DNA of 14,692 nt, from positions 10,978-25,669 of the forward strand of contig JBDGSL010000014.1 of the NCBI GenBank assembly GCA_042217555.1, written 5' to 3'. This document shows positions 1 through 7,687 of the stretch, piece after piece. This DNA comes from Candidatus Nanohalobium sp. (GTDB taxonomy: Archaea > Nanohalarchaeota > Nanosalinia > Nanosalinales > Nanosalinaceae). The notes beneath the pieces were generated by a model. It saw only the letters and a program-made list of their open reading frames with translations, made no database searches and was not told the DNA's origin. Positions within the stretch are counted from its first letter, which is position 1. Each line of letters begins with the position of its first letter. A program made the position numbers and the translations under genes.

Positions 1-3000
1 TTCTTCGAGCTGTTCTTGAAGCCTTTGACGGATCTGATCTCGGTGCCATCGCTCAAGTTGATTACTGTAGAGTTTTCTTCGAACGTACTGTCGGAGTTGT
101 AGTCCGAGAACACCTGGATGCTGATCTCCTGGTTGTTCAGGTCGCCTTTGAAGTTGAGGAGCTTGAGTATATCTTTCACTTCTTTTTCGGTGGTTATGGT
201 GCTGCTCTCGAAGGTGCCTTTCCGGCTGCCGATATCAGAGATTTTGGAGTTGGAGAGGCTTTTATTATGGACTCTGAGGTTGTCAATTTTTCCTGCGAAA
301 GGTCTGTCATTGAATGTTCCGGAGTCTCCGATTATCGGATCTCTCTGGAACTTTGATATTTCCGAGTTGACGGTTGTTGTCTGTTCAATTTGCCCGTCTA
401 CATAGATGCTTAGGTGAGTGGTATTGTATCTTCCGGTGACTTGATGCCATTTTGAGTCATCTACTGAGGTACTGGAATTGACTGTAGTAGCAGTACCTCC
501 ACTTGCTATCTGTATAAGCGCCTTACCACTCGATGTTATGCGGAGTTCCGGATTGATATTTGCCTCATCATTTGAGGCTCTAGAGTAGATCGCCCCGGAG
601 TCTGAGGTCTTTATCCAGGTCGTCAAGGTGAAGTTCGACGCCAGATTAACCGCCGACCGGTTGTCTATCCTGAGAGTGCCTCCCGCGAGTTCCGTGGCGT
701 TGGTAGAGAAAACTCCGCTCTTAAGCCTGTTTACTGTGCCTGAGATAATTGCATCGTGGTTCCTGCCTGATGTGTCCTTCACCTTTCCGGAACCGGTCTC
801 CATAGGGAACGAGAGGATCACATTATCTGAGTCTTCGGGTTCGTAACCGAGTCGAAGCCTGTCAGCATAGAGGTTTCCTAGAGTATCTCGATGAGTTAGA
901 TGAGATGTATCGCCGGAATCCCATTCGCTGGCTGAGTTAAGCCTCTTACCTAGGACGCCTTTGGCATTAAGTTCTACCTGTTTAAGCGATCCATTAGGCA
1001 AAGTAACATTGGCATATACTTCTTTCACGAAGTCCAGGCTTTTCCGTGTCTTGACCGAGAAATCAACTTCCTGAGTAGGATTAATGAAACGAGTCTGCTC
1101 CAGATTCGAATCCTTGAAAAGTCTCAAACTTGGCGAGGTTGTCGAACTGTTCTCTACTCTAATTCTCGTTTTGATCGTCTTAATCCTTTCGTGCCTAATT
1201 CCTTCGCTATTTACTGTAGATATTTCTATGATCCTATCACCGGCGTTAAGAGGTGACTTGAAGTTCTCTATCTTAAACTCGCCGCTACTGTTTGTGGTTG
1301 TGGTCTTGGTCTGTATCTCGCCGAATTGATCTCTGTAAACTATCTTGATTTTTTCATTCGAGTAGTTTACGGCTTTGCTTCCGCCCGAACCATTTGGAAT
1401 ATATTTTACAGCTTGACCGGATACTGTGAAGTTTTCACCTGGATCAACTCTTACAGGGTAATCTCTAGTTAGGTTGAATCTTATACCTCTTATAGATACC
1501 TCGAATTTCTCTGATAGTTCTTTTCCGTTCAGTGAAGTGTTTATCCCGAGTGTGTAGTTTCCAAAGGCCTCTGTATCTTGAATTTCAGGTACTGAGAACT
1601 TGCTTCTGAAGAAGCCGTTTTCCGGATCGGGATTTACTGAATTATTCACTGTTGTTCCGTTGAAAATCAGCTCTACCTTGTTATAGGCTGATCCGTTTAC
1701 TTTGATCTTTCCCCCTGAGTTCACTATGTAGTCATCTATTCCTGTCCAGGCCAGAGTTCTATTATTGATATTTTTTAAGTCATTGTCTTGAACTGTATCT
1801 GTTATTCCGTTCTCGTTCTTAGTTTCCAAAGTGAACCGTTTCAAACCAGGCGTCGGCTCCAAATTGTGGAAAACCGAGAATCCTCCTGTACTATTTGTGA
1901 TTATATCTGTGCTGTTCAGAGTACTTGACTGGTTCAAGTAACTGAAGGTTAGGGTCTCGCCAGCATAATCAACTTTTTTGGCTCCTCCGGATCCATCCTC
2001 TTTGATTATGTCAGTAAAGTTAGAGAACTGCAGGTCTTCTCCGGGCTTCAAAAGGAAATCCGGCTTGTTATCTATCTCGATTTCCCTGTAGGAGATATTG
2101 AATTTTTCGGTCCTATTCTTTCCGTTAAGCTTTGTTTTAACTGTGATAGTGTAGTTTCCGAGTTTAGACTTATTCTGTATCTGAAGTGATTTCAGAGAGT
2201 AGCTGAAGTAACCATTAGAGTTCGGATTCACCTTTGCTCTGAATTCTTTTCGCCCTGATTGGTTTTCCAGATAGATATAAACAGGACTATAAGCTGTTCC
2301 GTTTACTTGGATGTATTGACCAGGATCTACTATCGAGTCATTCAGCTTCATCCATGAAATATTCTTCCTGTCGAAACCTTCTATCCCTCCGGAATTCTCA
2401 GCTTTCGTGGTGTAATATTTTCTTCCTTTCGTGGTTGGAACTGTTTCAGTAAGTTTGAAGCCTCCTGTGCTGTTAGTGGTCAAAGTGGTGGAGCTGAGAT
2501 CGTTGTTTCCGCTTGAAAGGTTGAAAAAGAAGTTCTCGTTCGAGAAATCTACTTTCTTCGATCCTCCTGAACCGTCTTCCTTAACCTTCTGTATTAATCC
2601 TTCAGCTGTGAACTGTTCTCCGGGCTTTAGTATGTAATCTGAGGATTGGTCAATTTTCAGTGTCCTGTGAGATATCTGGAAGGTCTCTGTAATCGTATTG
2701 CCTGAAATGGTTGAGGAAACCTCCATTGTGTAGTTGCCGAAGTTTTTCGTCTCGTTAATGTCCATTCCTTCAACTGTGAGGTTGTAAAAACCATCTGAGG
2801 CTCTGGGTTCTGTTTCACCTACTTTAGTACCGTTGATCTTTACTGTTACATTTGAAGAAGCGGTACCGTTTACCTTCATAGGGCCATTAGGATTAATTAT
2901 GGTGTCATTGACATTTGCCGAGAAGGCGATCTGACTTCTGATAGTTCCGTCTGTAGAGTGTTCATCTCTATGTCCAGAGTCCTGTTTGTTTGTATTTTTA

Positions 3001-4208
3001 GCAAAACCTTCAGATGAGTTGACATTTCCTATACCTCTTTCTGCTGTAACAGTCCAGTTTTTTTCTGCTATTGAGTATTCATAATAGATCCTTCCACCGC
3101 CTCCTCCTCCCGAAACACCGCTTGATCCGGTGTTGGCGTCATCTCCGTCTAACCATTCTGAGTAACTTCCGCCGTCAGCTCTTATAGTTCCTGATCCGAA
3201 TATTCCGCCAGCAGAAATCAGGATAGATCCTCCTGACCCTGCTCCCATCGGATAACCGTTGTTGGAAGTCCCTCCGGCATCTAATCCATTAGAAAGCACA
3301 TATCCTGAGATATTGATCTTGTTACTTCCTACGAGTTTGATTCTTCCTCCTCCAGACCCCATCAGAATATCGTAAGGGTTGTTTTTTCTGTATTCTTTAC
3401 CAGTTGAGATCCATCTATCGCCGTCAACGGGATCATCATCAGGATCATCGGTATCGCCATCTCCATACGTAGCGTTGTTAATTAGACGTTGAAGATCCGA
3501 GCCATTAGGGTAATTCGAGGCCATTCCATGACCTCTCGTACTCTCTATGCCAACTATCGTCTCAGGTCCGGATGATCCTTCTGCTCCCCCGCCTGATCCA
3601 AAGCTAGTAGGATTTTCAGGATTCCCATAAGTCTCGTTGTTTACGGAGCCACGGCCACCACCGGTAGCAGTGTATGAAACACTTGAGTCAACGTAACTGC
3701 CTCCTTTACCTCCGTATCCAGCTCCTCCTGCACCTGTGTTCGAGTTTCCATCTCCTCCTGATCCGCCAGCGGGTCCTCCTCCAAGACAGTACCCATCAGG
3801 TGAGGTCCCGAATTTGCATGAAGAGCTTCCGGAGGCAGCGGCTTGCCATCCTAGACCGGTAGCATCTATAACACCGCCTTTCTCGACTTTGATATTGTAA
3901 GCTGAAATGTTGATGTTGGCGTGAACTGCTCCTCCCGCCTTCACTATGAAGTCTCCATTCGTCAGAGATATTTTTGCATCATTGGCGTTTGTCTGGTTAA
4001 CATGATTGGTGTAAAGTCTTCCACCCGAATCTACTATGATATCCGTGTTGCTGTCGGTTACGACTTCGCTCGTTATGTCATGGGCGTTCGTTATAGTACA
4101 TGTAGATTGACCTAGTCCTCCTGTGTCACAAGAAAATGCGGCGGCAGCATTGAAACTCATTGATGATATTGCTAATAGGAAAAAAATTATTCCAATCCGC
4201 TTATTCAA
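1..4208 (-). CDS. Giant secreted/surface adhesin-like protein, 3'-truncated by the window edge (>1400 aa): signal peptide, Gly-rich domain, 3 tandem Ig/MG2-like repeats, LamG-like domain
   Basis: Manual translation from TTG at 4208 (in-frame TAG directly upstream, SD-like AAGGTGG at 4223-4217) gives MNKRIGIIFFLLAISSMSFNAAAAFSCDTGG. The same frame is protein-like at every region read down to position 3 (...GFKNSSK). It is probably absent from the ORF track because no stop lies inside the window. LamG motifs: NFTLTTWIKT, DDSKWHQVTGRYN, LSIYVDG, FAGKIDNLRVHNKSLS. Confidence 0.93.
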   Translation of the reverse strand, partial: MNKRIGIIFFLLAISSMSFNAAAAFSCDTGGLGQSTCTITNAHDITSEVVTDSNTDIIVDSGGRLYTNHVNQTNANDAKISLTNGDFIVKAGGAVHANINISAYNIKVEKGGVIDATGLGWQAAASGSSSCKFGTSPDGYCLGGGPAGGSGGDGNSNTGAGGAGYGGKGGSYVDSSVSYTATGGGRGSVNNETYGNPENPTSFGSGGGAEGSSGPETIVGIESTRGHGMASNYPNGSDLQRLINNATYGDGDTDDPDDDPVDGDRWISTGKEYRKNNPYDILMGSGGGRIKLVGSNKINISGYVLSNGLDAGGTSNNGYPMGAGSGGSILISAGGIFGSGTIRADGGSYSEWLDGDDANTGSSGVSGGGGGGRIYYEYSIAEKNWTVTAERGIGNVNSSEGFAKNTNKQDSGHRDEHSTDGTIRSQIAFSANVNDTIINPNGPMKVNGTASSNVTVKINGTKVGETEPRASDGFYNLTVEGMDINETKNFGNYTMEVSSTISGNTITETFQISHRTLKIDQSSDYILKPGEQFTAEGLIQKVKEDGSGGSKKVDFSNENFFFNLSSGNNDLSSTTLTTNSTGGFKLTETVPTTKGRKYYTTKAENSGGIEGFDRKNISWMKLNDSIVDPGQYIQVNGTAYSPVYIYLENQSGRKEFRAKVNPNSNGYFSYSLKSLQIQNKSKLGNYTITVKTKLNGKNRTEKFNISYREIEIDNKPDFLLKPGEDLQFSNFTDIIKEDGSGGAKKVDYAGETLTFSYLNQSSTLNSTDIITNSTGGFSVFHNLEPTPGLKRFTLETKNENGITDTVQDNDLKNINNRTLAWTGIDDYIVNSGGKIKVNGSAYNKVELIFNGTTVNNSVNPDPENGFFRSKFSVPEIQDTEAFGNYTLGINTSLNGKELSEKFEVSIRGIRFNLTRDYPVRVDPGENFTVSGQAVKYIPNGSGGSKAVNYSNEKIKIVYRDQFGEIQTKTTTTNSSGEFKIENFKSPLNAGDRIIEISTVNSEGIRHERIKTIKTRIRVENSSTTSPSLRLFKDSNLEQTRFINPTQEVDFSVKTRKSLDFVKEVYANVTLPNGSLKQVELNAKGVLGKRLNSASEWDSGDTSHLTHRDTLGNLYADRLRLGYEPEDSDNVILSFPMETGSGKVKDTSGRNHDAIISGTVNRLKSGVFSTNATELAGGTLRIDNRSAVNLASNFTLTTWIKTSDSGAIYSRASNDEANINPELRITSSGKALIQIASGGTATTVNSSTSVDDSKWHQVTGRYNTTHLSIYVDGQIEQTTTVNSEISKFQRDPIIGDSGTFNDRPFAGKIDNLRVHNKSLSNSKISDIGSRKGTFESSTITTEKEVKDILKLLNFKGDLNNQEISIQVFSDYNSDSTFEENSTVINLSDGTEIRSVKGFKNSSK
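240..830 (-). other. LamG-like (concanavalin A-like lectin/glucanase) domain of the giant protein
   Basis: ILSFPMETGSGKVKDTSGRNHDA...NFTLTTWIKT...WHQVTGRYN...IYVDG...FAGKIDNLRVHNKSLS matches the characteristic Laminin_G_3 pattern. Boundaries approximate. Confidence 0.88.
1160..2930 (-). repeat. Three diverged tandem protein repeats of ~190-200 aa
   Basis: Ordered recurring motifs: NDTIINP..KVNGTA / NDSIVDP..QVNGTA / DDYIVNS..KVNGSA (starting 2909, 2342, 1736); GNYT x3; KEDGSGGSKKVDF / KEDGSGGAKKVDY / IPNGSGGSKAVNY; TTNSTGGF / ITNSTGGF / TTNSSGEF. Confidence 0.9.
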
Positions 4209-4216
4209 CTACGAAA

Positions 4217-4260
4217 CCACCTTATCCACAAGTTTTTATTTTCTTGGCACATTTATAGAT
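4217..4260 (-). promoter_or_regulatory. Putative TATA box and Shine-Dalgarno of the giant gene
   Basis: Minus strand TATAAAT at 4257-4251 and AAGGTGG at 4223-4217 upstream of TTG 4208. Confidence 0.55.
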
Positions 4261-4312
4261 GTTTAGTATAGCGGTCTCTTCGGTTTTGTAATAAGGGTTT
4301 TCTCTTATGGGT

Positions 4313-6046
4313 TCAGTTCTCATAGACACATCGGAATCCAATGGAGGCTCTGGAATCGGTCTTTTTTCGGTCTATCAACATGGAGAACAATCCGGCTTTC
4401 TCACCTGAAGGCCATGCTCCGCCTCTTCTGATGGCGAACTCTCCTTCCGAAGCAGAATAATAATAAGCATTTTGAATTCCAGAAGCCTTCTTATTACTCA
4501 AGTCTCTAGGCACTGCCTTCTTCTTGTTCCATGAATTTATCCATCCACTTCTGTCTGAAGGAAATTTGGAGGAAGATATATTCACGGTATTCGACACCCA
4601 CTCCCATAAATTCCCTTTCATATCTTCCATATTGGTTGTAGTTTCCCATTCTTCAGGTCCTGTGCCTGTCAAACAGTATTTTTCGTTCCAATCCGCTTTT
4701 TCTGATATTCTGCAGCTCTGTTGTTGACTTCTATATGATGCTCCATCATCGGTATTGCCGTTAACGAAAGTCTCTGAAGTTCCGGGAGCAGCTCCGGTAG
4801 CAGCCTGCCATTGTTTGTTTGTAGGTAAGCTGTAGTTCTCTCCTAGTCTATTACAGGCTTTTGAAGCTTCCTCTTGACTTATGTCATTCCAGGGTTCGAC
4901 TCCCTGCTGGCTATAGGGAATATTACTTTCTCCTTCACTTGTCGAATTGGCGTCTTTTCTTGAGGCCTCGTATTTGAAGATGTAGAAATCCTCGATTCGC
5001 TCTGAACTAATCTCTACCCATTTGCCGCCTCTTTCCGGGTGTTCGGCTTTTAGAGTTCTATTTTCTGTTGAATTGTCCTTTTTTCCGGGACTGGTTGAGG
5101 TATTGGATCGATTCCCCTGGATTTCATTCATCTCTGTAGCGTTCTGATCGCTGGAACCTGTTCTTTCTGTTGTATTTTCGGTATCTCTAGATTCTACTGT
5201 GGTATTGTTATAGGATTTGGTTTTATTTGAACGGTTGTAACTTTCGATGTAACTTATGTCATATCTAGTTTTATTTTCAGCTCTTATTCTAATGTTTCTT
5301 CCATTCGAGATATTCAAGACGAGGCTGTGGTTTCCTCTGATCTTTGCCTCTGTCTTATTAATTATCTCAGAATTGTTTGAAACAAGTTTTACTGTGTGAT
5401 TCTGGTTATTGACCAGTTTTAAACTGTTAGGAGATGTGATATTTCTGCTCAGGTTGTTGGTAAGATTCAGTACCATTGAGGTGGTCTCGTTCTCGCCTTT
5501 ATATTCAGTACTTTCATTTTGAGTTTCTTTTCGAGTTTCAGTTCTAGTTGTTTGGTTCTCTGAACTTGTTCTATCAGGAATACGGGTTCTAATATATTTA
5601 GAGTATGTTTTATTCCTGGATTTAATTTCTAGAGATATGTTACCTCGAAGCCTTAATTCCAGATCTGAACTTTTGTTCAGAGATATGTTTTTACCTGTTA
5701 TTCCGAGAATGCTCTCGGAAAATGTGATATTTATCGAACTTTTTTCCAGGTTTGAAAGTCTGAGGGCCTCTTCCGAACTTACATTGACTGTTTTGTTGTC
5801 TATCGATATTTCAGTGATGTTCAAGTTATCGAATGAATCAGAATAGACCGAACCAGCGTACTCATCTTTCTCCGAAGTTTTATTCCAGTCGATCGAGTTA
5901 TACTCCTTTTCCAAATCTGATGTGTTTCCCATCTTGTAGAAATTGCCGGTCAAAAGGTTCTGATCTGATATCTGGGCAAGACCGAACAGTGCTCCAGAAA
6001 GTACACCGATCGCTATAACTGCCACAAAGAAACTTCTCACAACCAA
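4313..6046 (-). CDS. Membrane-anchored/secreted protein with Asn/Thr/Ser-rich stalk and C-terminal FGE-sulfatase (C-type lectin fold) domain
   Basis: Hydrophobic N-terminus and many N-x-S/T sequons. C-terminal motifs FYIFKYEAS, PWNDISQEEASKAC, LPTNKQW, DMKGNLWEWV, RRGGAW, IGFRCV. Confidence 0.9.
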   Translation of the reverse strand: MVVRSFFVAVIAIGVLSGALFGLAQISDQNLLTGNFYKMGNTSDLEKEYNSIDWNKTSEKDEYAGSVYSDSFDNLNITEISIDNKTVNVSSEEALRLSNLEKSSINITFSESILGITGKNISLNKSSDLELRLRGNISLEIKSRNKTYSKYIRTRIPDRTSSENQTTRTETRKETQNESTEYKGENETTSMVLNLTNNLSRNITSPNSLKLVNNQNHTVKLVSNNSEIINKTEAKIRGNHSLVLNISNGRNIRIRAENKTRYDISYIESYNRSNKTKSYNNTTVESRDTENTTERTGSSDQNATEMNEIQGNRSNTSTSPGKKDNSTENRTLKAEHPERGGKWVEISSERIEDFYIFKYEASRKDANSTSEGESNIPYSQQGVEPWNDISQEEASKACNRLGENYSLPTNKQWQAATGAAPGTSETFVNGNTDDGASYRSQQQSCRISEKADWNEKYCLTGTGPEEWETTTNMEDMKGNLWEWVSNTVNISSSKFPSDRSGWINSWNKKKAVPRDLSNKKASGIQNAYYYSASEGEFAIRRGGAWPSGEKAGLFSMLIDRKKTDSRASIGFRCVYEN

Positions 6047-6128
6047 TATTTTGGTTGAAAATATTTATTATTCTAATTATGCCGCCCAGGAAAAGAAACT
6101 TAAAAGTTTGTTACCTTATGGTAAAAAC

Positions 6129-6686
6129 ATGGACTTGGTGGAGAACCTGGCTGTGGCAGAACTGCTTCTGGTAGTCTTCTTGATCACTACAGGTTTTGCA
6201 ATGGGCTCCTTCACCACCTTAAACAGCATTCAGGGAACACAGGAAGAAACAAGTTATAACCTTTCCTGCCCGGATCCCGTAGTAAAGGTTGAAAAATCGG
6301 TCGAAAAACAAAGAGATGAGCTGAGAGCCAGTTCAGCGACAAATAATTACATACAGAACCCGGAAACACAGGTTTCATACACCAAGGAAGAGAAATCGCT
6401 TGAAATAGAAGTTGATGCTGTCTCTAGGCCTGAAGGCATGTCAATGAGACCTACAATCTTCACAGGCAACACTGTCCTTCTCGACAAATACGATGACGAG
6501 GAAATAGAAGCCGGTCAGATAATCAGATACAGATCAGAAAACGGAGGCTATATAATCCACCGAGTAAGAGCGAACTACCTTGGTACGGAAGGATATCTCC
6601 TGGTTAAAGGCGATAATACGGACTCCTCAGAAAGAGTGGAAAAGGAACAGGTAACCCACATTGTTGAGGGAGTCCTTTACACCTGA
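6129..6686 (+). CDS. S26-family signal peptidase I-like protein (Sec11/SipW type, Ser-His)
   Basis: N-terminal TM helix; catalytic boxes GMSMRPT, IIHRV, KGDN. ATG 6129 preferred over TTG 6051 because a TATA-like TTAAAA (6100-6105) with an A-rich BRE lies about 25 nt upstream. Confidence 0.85.
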   Translation: MDLVENLAVAELLLVVFLITTGFAMGSFTTLNSIQGTQEETSYNLSCPDPVVKVEKSVEKQRDELRASSATNNYIQNPETQVSYTKEEKSLEIEVDAVSRPEGMSMRPTIFTGNTVLLDKYDDEEIEAGQIIRYRSENGGYIIHRVRANYLGTEGYLLVKGDNTDSSERVEKEQVTHIVEGVLYT

Positions 6687-6691
6687 AATAA

Positions 6692-7300
6692 TCACTTTCC
6701 TCTGATAGTTATTTTCTGAGTTACCGTTATCTTATCTCCATCCTTGAGAGTGGCGGAGGTGAAATTCCCTCCTGATATTAAGGATGTTTGGTCTGTACTG
6801 TAACTGGCAAAGTAAAGGCCTGTTGTATTGACTTTAATGCTGGAAGGATTTCCAGATCCTAGGTTAGCTGTAAATGTTTTCTTTAGAGTGTAGGCAGGGT
6901 TCGAATATGAGTATGTGTCCGCAAGAGCTCTACTCAGGTTCGCAGTGTGTATCTCTCCTGAGCCGCCACCTAGTTGTGTGAAGCTAGGGTTCACTCCTGT
7001 ACCGTTGCCTAATGCAATCCAGGCAAAGTTCTTTGTAGTATTCTTAGTGTTTGCAGTCTCATTGAAAAGCTTCCCTGCTATATAATCCTCTCCCTGATTT
7101 GTCAGAGTGTTGTGGAACTGATCGATCTGTTCGCCGTTCTTGTAAATCGTTATCTGGTTGCTCCATTCAAGTCCCGAGTCCATGCCGTTACCTGAATTTC
7201 CTAGATTTCCTGCTGAGAAACCGACACCGGCTGCGATCACCAAAGTTAAAGCTAGAACAGGCGCATGATTGACCTCTCCTAGATATTTCCTCATGTTCAT
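6692..7300 (-). CDS. Exported beta-rich protein resembling phage tail-collar/tail-fibre attachment proteins
   Basis: N-terminal hydrophobic segment, then HNTLTNQGEDYIAGKL...WIALGNGT...TQL..E...LSR...TFTA...GLY...GDKITVTQKITI, a motif order recalled from phage tail-associated proteins. The CDS is secure; the family call is tentative. Confidence 0.65.
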   Translation of the reverse strand: MNMRKYLGEVNHAPVLALTLVIAAGVGFSAGNLGNSGNGMDSGLEWSNQITIYKNGEQIDQFHNTLTNQGEDYIAGKLFNETANTKNTTKNFAWIALGNGTGVNPSFTQLGGGSGEIHTANLSRALADTYSYSNPAYTLKKTFTANLGSGNPSSIKVNTTGLYFASYSTDQTSLISGGNFTSATLKDGDKITVTQKITIRGK

Positions 7301-7307
7301 GTAATCA

Positions 7308-7625
7308 CTAATTATTGTCCTTGTTTAAAAATCTATACGATGTTGCGGATAGGAACAGTACTATCCAGGGCATAAGCTTCGAGACAGGGTCGATGTTTAA
7401 TCCAAGTACTCTGGTCTTCATATCAACTAAACCCATGTAATAACTCCTCTGGACGGTCGCTGATACTTTTGTGCAGAAGCCTACATTCTCCGTCGCCCCT
7501 TCCTGTGGCCGGGTGCCACAGTTACCGTAAGTTACATCAGAAGGTAGAGAATTGACTGCACCAATATACAACGGCAACAAAAGCAAAACCATAACCGGAA
7601 TCAAACTCCTGAATCCAAGCCTCAT
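7308..7625 (-). CDS. Small membrane protein (signal/TM, short ectodomain with 2 Cys, C-terminal TM)
   Basis: ATG 7625 gives MRLGFRSLIPVMVLLLLPLYIGAV; C-terminal LMPWIVLFLSATSY; TATA about 25 nt upstream; stop 7 nt before the start of the 202-aa gene, so probably an operon. Confidence 0.75.
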   Translation of the reverse strand: MRLGFRSLIPVMVLLLLPLYIGAVNSLPSDVTYGNCGTRPQEGATENVGFCTKVSATVQRSYYMGLVDMKTRVLGLNIDPVSKLMPWIVLFLSATSYRFLNKDNN

Positions 7626-7648
7626 AACACACGATTTAACTGCGATTA

Positions 7649-7665
7649 GTATAAAGCCTTTATTT
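7649..7665. promoter_or_regulatory. Back-to-back divergent TATA boxes within palindrome ATAAAG-C-CTTTAT
   Basis: Minus TTTATA (7655-7650) is about 25 nt from ATG 7625; plus TTTATT (7659-7664) is about 24 nt from ATG 7688. Confidence 0.65.
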
Positions 7666-7687
7666 GAGCGGGGCAAATCTACAAACT

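Noticed and set aside
118..4115. Plus-strand ORFs 118..405, 628..846, 1084..1329, 2431..2637, 3674..3862, 3921..4115
   Set aside because: Antisense shadows of the giant minus-strand CDS, with no recognisable motifs.
4313..4450. Complete diversity-generating retroelement
   Set aside because: No template repeat, reverse transcriptase or Avd seen in the window; only the target-like fold is present.
4524..6018. Plus-strand ORFs 4524..4727, 5637..5846, 5833..6018
   Set aside because: Antisense to the 577-aa FGE/lectin gene.
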